This document shows positions 57,075 to 64,000 of a DNA stretch of 64,000 bases, piece by piece. The notes under the pieces were generated by a model, which saw only the letters and a list, made by a program, of their open reading frames with translations, did not search any database and had not been told where the DNA came from. The position numbers were made by a program, and so were the translations under genes. The stretch is from Thermoplasmata archaeon (GTDB lineage Archaea > Thermoplasmatota > Thermoplasmata > Lutacidiplasmatales > UBA184): contig JASHSP010000113.1 of the NCBI GenBank assembly GCA_030038655.1, forward strand, positions 5,420-69,419. The letters run 5' to 3'. Each line of letters begins with the position of its first letter. Position 1 is the first letter of the stretch.

Positions 57075-58184
57075 TCAGTCGATCACCCCGGTCACGGTCG
57101 CGAGACGCTCGGCCGCGTCCCGGGGGAGCCCGCTGTCGCCCAGGATCGTGTACCGGTCGGGGCGGACGGAGTGCGCCATCACGAGCGCCCGCACGACCTC
57201 CTCCTTCGTCACGCCCAGCTCCCGCGCGGTCGTGGGGGCGCCGATCGTCAGGAGCGCGTTCTTGAGCCGCTTCCAGTCGCCTCCGTGAAGGTACATCATC
57301 ATCACGGCGCCGACGCCGCACTGCTCGCCGTGGAGGCTGGGGTGCTCCGCGGTCCGGTCGAGCGCATGGCTGAACAGGTGCTCGGAGCCCGAGCAGGGGC
57401 GGGACGATCCGGCGACGCTCATGGCGATCCCCGCCACGAGGATCGGCCGGATCGCGATCCATACCGATTCCTCGAGGTTCGGCTTGATCGCCCCGGCGTG
57501 GTCGATCACTTCCTGGGCAGCGTACTCGCTCAGGGTCGCGGCGGTACTCGAGTACTCCTCGCTCCGGAGCCGGACCGCGAGCCGCCAGTCGAGCACCGCG
57601 GTGACGTTGGAGATCACGTCCGCGCAGCCCGACGCAAGGAGCCGGAACGGTGCCTGGACGAGCACCGCGGTGTCGGCGATCACCCCGATCGGGACCGCCG
57701 CGGTCAGGCTGGTCACGCTCTCCGCGTCGTGCAGCGAGGCCCGGGGCGAGGAGATGCCGTCGTGCGCGGCCGACGTCGGCAGGCTGATGAACGGGATCCG
57801 GAGGCGTGCGGCGACGACCTTGGTGATGTCGATCTTGCTTCCGCCCCCGGCCCCGATCAGGAAGCGGGCGTCGGTCGACCGGACCTCGGCGGCGACGCGA
57901 TCGACCTCCGCGACCGTCGCTTCGCGCGCGATGATGGTGGCGACGGAGAACCCGTCGGCCGCGAGGATCTCGCTCGCGCGGTTGCCGGCGAGGAGCGCGG
58001 TCCGCGGACCGGTGACGACGGCGCCACGGGACGGGAAGTCGAACTGCCGGCAGGTCGCCGCGAGATCCTCGATCACGCCGTGTCCGACCAGCACGGTGCG
58101 CGGGAACACCATCCCCTTGGCCTTCCCGAACGGCGAATCGGCCGTACCTCGGGGGACTCGCCCCTCGGCCACGCTCTCCGCCAT
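57075..58184 (-). CDS. egsA: sn-glycerol-1-phosphate dehydrogenase
   Basis: GGGSKIDITK, PTSAAHDGISSP, SGSEHLFSHALD, LHGEQCG, RYTILG. Confidence 0.95.
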   Translation of the reverse strand: MAESVAEGRVPRGTADSPFGKAKGMVFPRTVLVGHGVIEDLAATCRQFDFPSRGAVVTGPRTALLAGNRASEILAADGFSVATIIAREATVAEVDRVAAEVRSTDARFLIGAGGGSKIDITKVVAARLRIPFISLPTSAAHDGISSPRASLHDAESVTSLTAAVPIGVIADTAVLVQAPFRLLASGCADVISNVTAVLDWRLAVRLRSEEYSSTAATLSEYAAQEVIDHAGAIKPNLEESVWIAIRPILVAGIAMSVAGSSRPCSGSEHLFSHALDRTAEHPSLHGEQCGVGAVMMMYLHGGDWKRLKNALLTIGAPTTARELGVTKEEVVRALVMAHSVRPDRYTILGDSGLPRDAAERLATVTGVID

Positions 58185-58336
58185 GGCTCAAGATGGCGAA
58201 CGAGGGGAGCGGCCTCATTACTCTATCTGCACGCCGAGGGAACGAGCGAGAGCGCGCGCGCTGCCCGGGTTCGTCGGCAGCCGCGGAATTCCCGCCGGTC
58301 TCCCGCACGGGCGCGGGGTCCGGCCACGGGGGCCGG

Positions 58337-58978
58337 TCAGCGACCCGGCACGTCGCCCCAGAGGACCTTGTGCTCCTGAAGCATGACGCGCACGTCCAGA
58401 CGGTCCCGAATGACCCACTCCGCGAGGCGACCCCCGTCGGTGCCCCACACGGGTTGGAAGACGACCGCGGCTCGCCCGCGGTACGTCCGGAGGACCCGCT
58501 TGGCGTACACGTAGTCGCGGCGGTCCGCGATGACGAACTTGACCACGTCCCGGGCGCGCAGCCGCGGCAGGTTCGCCCAGCGGTTACGAGTCTCCATGGC
58601 GGAGGAGGGGCACTTCACGTCCACGCTGAGGACGACGCGGGGCACGCCGAGGAACGGGGTCACGTCGAGCGAGCCCCCGGTCTCGACGACCGTGGTCAAG
58701 CCCCGGCTCGACAGGCGGCGGACGAGCGAGAGGGACTCCTTCTGGAGCAGCGGCTCGCCGCCCGTCAGGCAGACATACTTCGTGCCATGCCGGGCGACCT
58801 CGGCGAGCAGCGAGGGGATCGACCGCTCCCGTCCGGGGCCGAACGAGTAGGCGGTGTCGCACCACGAACAGCGAAGGTTGCATCGGGCCGTTCGAACGAA
58901 CGATGTACGGACCCCGGTGTACGGTCCCTCCCCCTGGACGGAGTGGAACACCTCGATGATCCGCACGGTCCCGTCCAC
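58337..58978 (-). CDS. queE: 7-carboxy-7-deazaguanine synthase (radical SAM)
   Basis: EVFHSVQGEG, CNLRCSWCDT, LTGGEPLLQ, QEHKVLW. Confidence 0.9.
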   Translation of the reverse strand: MDGTVRIIEVFHSVQGEGPYTGVRTSFVRTARCNLRCSWCDTAYSFGPGRERSIPSLLAEVARHGTKYVCLTGGEPLLQKESLSLVRRLSSRGLTTVVETGGSLDVTPFLGVPRVVLSVDVKCPSSAMETRNRWANLPRLRARDVVKFVIADRRDYVYAKRVLRTYRGRAAVVFQPVWGTDGGRLAEWVIRDRLDVRVMLQEHKVLWGDVPGR

Positions 58979-59055
58979 CGGGTCGGCGGGCTATAGGGAC
59001 TTCGAGCCCTCGCCGCCCGCGCTGCCGCGATCCGGCCGCCGACCCCCCGGGGCCC

Positions 59056-60345
59056 TCAGGCGGGCCCCCTGGACGGGGGCGGGGGAGCGGCATGCCGGCC
59101 CCAGCCTCGCACGTCCCGGCGGGCGAGGACCGACAGACCCGCGACCAGCATCCCACCGCCCGCGACGAGGAACGCCGGGCCCACGCCGTAGGCGACGATC
59201 AGGGTTGCCCCGGCCACGAGGCCGACCGGGATCATCGCGTACGATAGCGCGCTGTCGGTGGCGAAGAACCGCCCCAGGAACTCCTTGGGCACGGTCCGCT
59301 GGACGGCGGCGTACAGGGTCACGTTGACGATCGACGCGAGGAATCCCTGGACTGCCAGGGCCCCGAGGGCGACCGAGACCTCCGGCACGAGGATCAGAAC
59401 GATCAGGGGCGCCCCGCTAAGCCCCCAGAGAAGAGGGATCCACAATCCGGGGGCGCGGTCCGATTTCAGACGATGCGTGAGAAGGGCTCCGAGAGCGGTG
59501 CCGACGGCCGCGGCGCCCAGAAGAAAGCCGAACACCGCAGATCCCGCGTGGAGCGCGTCGCGAGTGTACAGGACGATGTAGATGTTGTAGTACGAGAAGA
59601 AGTTCAGGACCGTTCCGACCAGCACGAGCGCCAGCAGCGCGGGTTGGGACCGGAGGAAACCGAGCCCGGCGCGAACGTCGGCCCACGTCGAGCGGTCCGA
59701 CGGCTCGCCGCCCCCGGCGGTCGCACGTCGCCCGAGCGGAAGCGCGATGATCGAGATCGCCGCCGCCGACAACGCGTAGAACAGCGAGTCCGTGAGGAAC
59801 CCGACCCCGGCGCCGAACAGGAGGACCAGCACCCCGCCCGCCGGCGTGCTCAGGAATCCCGCGACCGTGCCCGCGGACTGCAGAAGCCCGTTCGCCGGCG
59901 TGAGCAGGTCCTTATCGACCAGGTCGGGCAGCACGGCGCTGGCGGCCGGTCCGAAGGCCGACCCGAGCGCCGAGATCGCGAGCGCCGCGCCCAGCACCGC
60001 CACGGGGTCGAACCCGACCCGAATCAGGTAGACGGCGAGGCCGACGAAGGCGACCGCCCGACCCGCTTGCGTCGCGAGCATCAGTCGACGACGGTCGTGT
60101 CGGTCGGCCCACGCACCGGCCAGAAGACCGACGGTGTACGACGGGACAAACTCGACGATTCCCAGGATCGCCAGCAGCACGGCCGCTTCCCGGGTCGACG
60201 ACGACGCGGAGATGATCCAGTCGAACAGCAAGCTGCCCAGGTAGACCCCCGCCGTCGACGCGGTCGACCCGATCCAGAGAAATCGGAAGTTCCGGTGGCG
60301 CAGCAGGGGACGGAGGCCGCGCGAGGATCCCTCGCTTGCGTTCAA
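59056..60345 (-). CDS. MFS transporter
   Basis: GAWADRHDRRRLM motif A; about 12 TMs. Confidence 0.88.
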   Translation of the reverse strand: MNASEGSSRGLRPLLRHRNFRFLWIGSTASTAGVYLGSLLFDWIISASSSTREAAVLLAILGIVEFVPSYTVGLLAGAWADRHDRRRLMLATQAGRAVAFVGLAVYLIRVGFDPVAVLGAALAISALGSAFGPAASAVLPDLVDKDLLTPANGLLQSAGTVAGFLSTPAGGVLVLLFGAGVGFLTDSLFYALSAAAISIIALPLGRRATAGGGEPSDRSTWADVRAGLGFLRSQPALLALVLVGTVLNFFSYYNIYIVLYTRDALHAGSAVFGFLLGAAAVGTALGALLTHRLKSDRAPGLWIPLLWGLSGAPLIVLILVPEVSVALGALAVQGFLASIVNVTLYAAVQRTVPKEFLGRFFATDSALSYAMIPVGLVAGATLIVAYGVGPAFLVAGGGMLVAGLSVLARRDVRGWGRHAAPPPPSRGPA

Positions 60346-60461
60346 CGAGTTCCCCCGGGGGCTCCTGTGCTTTAGGATTGTCGAGCGCGCCGCCCGGCGT
60401 CGACCGCGGTCCGCACCGCCGCGGTACCGCTCAAATAGAACGCCCTCCTCGAAGGCTCCCG

Positions 60462-63404
60462 ATGGACCGTGCGCGCGAGTCCCGCTGGCAGCAGGTCTGG
60501 TCCGCGGCGGCGATCGCGACGGCCCAACGCCGACCCGGTCGAGGCAAGTTCTACGCGCTGATCGCGTACCCGGGCACCAGCGGCTTCCTTCACCTGGGAC
60601 ACCTGCGCGGATTCGCGTACGCCGACGCCCTCCACCGGTACCACCGGATGCTGGGCGAGCAGGTTCTCTTCCCGTTCGGGGTTCATGCTTCGGGGCTCCC
60701 GGCGGTTGCGTGGGCCCAGAAGGTGAAGGACCGGGACCCTCTCACGATCCAGAGCCTCCGGGACGCGGGGGTCGCCGAGGGCGAGTGGGTTCGCCTCGAG
60801 TCGCCCGAGGAGGCGGCCCGGTTCCTGGGCGCGAGCTACCCCCCTCTCCTGCGATCGATCGGGGTCCTCGTCGACCCGACCACCTACCTCACCACCATCG
60901 ACGAGGACTACTCGGCGTTCGTTCGGTGGCAGTTCCGGACCCTGCGCCGGCACGGCGCGCTCGTACAGGGCACGCACTACGCCTCGGTGTGTCCCGTGTG
61001 CGGCCCGGTCGCCGTCGACCCGGCGGAGACGGACCTCGCCGCCGGCGGGGACGCGGAGGTCGTCACGTTCACGACCGTTCCGTTCGAGCTGGACGACGGC
61101 CGGACGCTCCTCGCGGCCACCCTCCGTCCGGAGACCGTGTACGGCGTGACGAACGTCTGGGTCGGCGGGGGAACCTCGCTGGTCGTCTGGCACCACGGCG
61201 GCCGCACCTTCCTGGTCGGACCGAGGGCCGCGGAGCGCCTCGTGGAGCAGCACGGCGGCCGCCTCGGTCACACCGTGGCCGCGGCGGAGGTCGTGGGGCA
61301 CGAGGCGACGGTGCCGCTCGGCGGCGGCCGGGTCCCGGTGCTCGAGAGCCCCCTCGTCGACCCGGAGGTCGGCACGGGGGTCGTGATGAGCGTCCCGGCG
61401 CACGCGCCCGCGGATGCCGCCGCGCTCGCCGAGCTCCCGGCGGCCTCGCGGGCGCGGGTCGGACCGGCCAAGGTCCTGCTCGAGATACCGGAGCAGTCCA
61501 GCCTCGCGCTCTCCGAAGCGGAGCTCGTCGTCGGCCACGGGACTCCCGCGGAGAAGGCGCTCCGGGCCGTGGGGGCGAAGGGGTTGGGCGACCGGCCGCG
61601 GGTGGACGCCGCGACCGAGCGACTCTACCGGCTCGAGTACGTCCGCGGCCGGATGACGGTGCCGGAGCTCGCGGGGGTCCTGGTCCGGGACGCGCGCGAG
61701 CGGGTCGCGGCGACGCTGGTGGGCGCGGGCGCGAGCTTCCCCTTGCGCGAGTTCTCGAAGCCCGTGATCTGCCGCAACGGGCATTCGGTGGTCATCCGGC
61801 GGGTTCCCGACCAGTGGTTCCTCCACTACGGAGACGCGACCTGGAAGTCGAAGACCCGCGACGCGGTCGACCGGCTGGCGACGTGGCCCGCGGAGTATGC
61901 GCGGGAACTGCCCTCCATCCTGGACTGGTTCGACGACCGGCCGTGCACGCGCCACGGTCGCTGGCTGGGGACTCCGTTCCCTCTCGACCCGGCCTGGACG
62001 ATCGAACCGATCGCCGATTCCACGTTCTACATGGCCTACTTCGTCGTGCGGCGGTTCGTCACGAGCGGCCGGCTCACGCCGGTACAGCTAACGGACGCGT
62101 TCTTCGACTTCGTGTTCCTGGGGCTGGGACCCGGCGAGCCGAGCGTGGACCGGTCGGTCCTCGAGGAGGTCCGCGCGGAGTTCCTGTACTGGTACCCGCT
62201 CGACATGAACATGGGCGGCAAGGAGCACAAGCGGGTCCACTTCCCGGTCTTCCTCTACGCGCACGCCCTCCTCCTGCCGGCCGAGCTGCAACCGCGGGGC
62301 GTCTTCGTGCACGGCTGGGTCACCGGCGCGTCCGGCGACAAGCTCTCGAAGAAGGAGATCGCCTCGAAGGGGGGCCGCATCCCGTCGGTGGGTGGCGCGC
62401 TCGACGAGTGGGGCGCGGACGCGCTTCGGCTGTACTACTACACCGCCTCCACGGTGTCGCAGGATGTCGAGTGGGACTCCGACCGGGTGCGCGCGGCCGC
62501 CGACCGGCTCGCGGAGGTCGAACGCCTCGTGCGCGGGGCGTGGGGGGACGGCGAAGGCCCCCCGGAGCTCGACCGGTGGCTCGACTCGGCCGTCCGCCGC
62601 ACGATCGAGCGCGTGCGCTCGGGATACGCGGCCGCGGACCTCCGCGCGGTCGCCCAGGCCGCGTGCGTCGAGGTCCCGGGGCTCCTCAAGCGGTACTATG
62701 CGCGCGGCGGGGGCGCCGGCCGGGCGACGAACCGGCTGGCGCTCGCCTGGGTGCGGATGCTCGCCCCGATCGCGCCGCATCTCGCCGAGGAGCTGGGCGA
62801 GGGCAAATTCCCGGGGCTGGTCGCCGTGGCGGAGTTCCCGACGGCCGACGAGTTCCCTTCCTCGCCCGAGGCCGAGGCCCGGGAGGAGTTCCTCGATCGG
62901 GTCGAGGAGGACCTGCGAGCCGTCCTGGCGCCGTCCGCGGACCGGGGGGAGACCCCCCCCGACGCGGTCGTCTTCTTCGTGGCCGCTCCCTGGAAGGCGA
63001 CGGTCGAGGGCTGGATGCGGGAGTCGGTGGACCGCGGCGAGGTCCCGTCCGTCCGAACGGTGATGGCGCGCGTTGCCCAGCATCCGGAGCTGGCGGCCAG
63101 CCGCTCGGAGGTGCCGAAGTACGTCGAACGGTTCGGGTCTCTCCTCCGGTCCGAACCGCCGGCCGCGCCGGTCGACGAGTTCGCGACGATCCGCTCCGCG
63201 GAAGGATACCTCGTCCGGCGGTTCGGGTTCCGTTCCATCGCGGTCCACCCCGAGGGCGAATCCGCCCCGCACGACCCGATGGGACGACGCGAGCGCGCCC
63301 GCCCGGGGCGACCCGCGTTCTACTTCGCCCGCGCCGGCGAGCGGGCGGCTCCACCGGAGGATCGACCCCGCGCGGGCGCCGGGTCCGACCGCACCCGGGC
63401 GTAA
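60462..63404 (+). CDS. leuS: leucine--tRNA ligase (archaeal type)
   Basis: HLGH, ATLRPET, GTGVVMSVPAHAP, GKEH, KLSKK, GADALRL, C-terminal PGRPAF. Confidence 0.92.
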   Translation: MDRARESRWQQVWSAAAIATAQRRPGRGKFYALIAYPGTSGFLHLGHLRGFAYADALHRYHRMLGEQVLFPFGVHASGLPAVAWAQKVKDRDPLTIQSLRDAGVAEGEWVRLESPEEAARFLGASYPPLLRSIGVLVDPTTYLTTIDEDYSAFVRWQFRTLRRHGALVQGTHYASVCPVCGPVAVDPAETDLAAGGDAEVVTFTTVPFELDDGRTLLAATLRPETVYGVTNVWVGGGTSLVVWHHGGRTFLVGPRAAERLVEQHGGRLGHTVAAAEVVGHEATVPLGGGRVPVLESPLVDPEVGTGVVMSVPAHAPADAAALAELPAASRARVGPAKVLLEIPEQSSLALSEAELVVGHGTPAEKALRAVGAKGLGDRPRVDAATERLYRLEYVRGRMTVPELAGVLVRDARERVAATLVGAGASFPLREFSKPVICRNGHSVVIRRVPDQWFLHYGDATWKSKTRDAVDRLATWPAEYARELPSILDWFDDRPCTRHGRWLGTPFPLDPAWTIEPIADSTFYMAYFVVRRFVTSGRLTPVQLTDAFFDFVFLGLGPGEPSVDRSVLEEVRAEFLYWYPLDMNMGGKEHKRVHFPVFLYAHALLLPAELQPRGVFVHGWVTGASGDKLSKKEIASKGGRIPSVGGALDEWGADALRLYYYTASTVSQDVEWDSDRVRAAADRLAEVERLVRGAWGDGEGPPELDRWLDSAVRRTIERVRSGYAAADLRAVAQAACVEVPGLLKRYYARGGGAGRATNRLALAWVRMLAPIAPHLAEELGEGKFPGLVAVAEFPTADEFPSSPEAEAREEFLDRVEEDLRAVLAPSADRGETPPDAVVFFVAAPWKATVEGWMRESVDRGEVPSVRTVMARVAQHPELAASRSEVPKYVERFGSLLRSEPPAAPVDEFATIRSAEGYLVRRFGFRSIAVHPEGESAPHDPMGRRERARPGRPAFYFARAGERAAPPEDRPRAGAGSDRTRA

Positions 63405-63973
63405 AGGATCACGTCGATCCACCGGCCGTCCTTTCGAACCGCCTCGCGCAGCCGCCCCTCCCGACGAAAGCCGGATCGCTCGAGGACCCGTTCCGACGGG
63501 CGGTTCCCGACGAAGACGTGCGCGATCAGCCGGTGGAAGCCCAGGGGCCCGAACGCGAGCCGCACCAGCCCCCCCACCGCCTCCGTCGCGTAGCCTTGCC
63601 CCCGGAACTCTCGGGCGAGTAGGTAGCCGACCTCGGCGGTGCCGGCGGGATTGTCCAGCCGGTGGAGGCCGAGCCCCCCGACGAGCCGGCCGTCGGTCCG
63701 TCGCACGATCTGGAACGCGAGGTTGGACGCGGCGCGGCGGTTGAGCCGGGCGCGCCGCACGAACTCGGCCGCGTCCGACCGGGAGTATGGTTCCGGGATG
63801 CGCAGGGTCCACCGATGCACGGCGCGGTCCTTCATGAGGGCGACCACCTGTTCGTTGAGGGCAGCTTCGGGCCAGCGGAGCTCCAGCCTCCGGGTCCGGA
63901 ACGGCGGCCGGAGCGCCCGGACCCGCTCGCGGATCGATCGCGGCCGGCGGCCCCGGGGACGACGCGGGCTCAT
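63320..63973 (-). CDS. RimJ/RimL-type GNAT acetyltransferase
   Basis: AEVGY..FRGQGYATEA, N.PSERVLERSGF..EG.LR. Confidence 0.85.
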   Translation of the reverse strand: MSPRRPRGRRPRSIRERVRALRPPFRTRRLELRWPEAALNEQVVALMKDRAVHRWTLRIPEPYSRSDAAEFVRRARLNRRAASNLAFQIVRRTDGRLVGGLGLHRLDNPAGTAEVGYLLAREFRGQGYATEAVGGLVRLAFGPLGFHRLIAHVFVGNRPSERVLERSGFRREGRLREAVRKDGRWIDVILYARVRSDPAPARGRSSGGAARSPARAK

Positions 63974-64000
63974 CGGGGCCGTTTCGTTCGGGAGAAGTTG

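Overview
GC-rich archaeal chromosomal segment, most consistent with Thermoplasmata. The taxonomy is an inference from archaeal gatDE, egsA, spt5, secE/Sec61-gamma and Hel308, plus a thermopsin and a TPP riboswitch. The left part carries pdxS, a TPP-riboswitch-led thiamine ABC transporter, aconitase and a very large thermopsin. About 14.5-35 kb is a cell-surface/accessory block. It contains a candidate archaeal TasA/SipW-type fibre (biofilm pilus) operon: wHTH regulator, an apparently inactive CPBP domain fused to a SipW signal peptidase, a DUF5305-like protein and three TasA/CalY-like subunits. It also holds several large surface proteins built from shared 'ETGLP' repeats and a ~5.6 kb islet bounded by a duplicated tRNA-Arg 3' end. 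The right part is mostly housekeeping (gatDE, hsp20, ftsZ-secE-spt5-rpl11, icd, divergent cdc6-like gene, hel308, rqcH, egsA, queE, leuS). Both tRNA genes have non-canonical D-loop introns at the same position. All family calls come from motifs read by eye; no database search was run.
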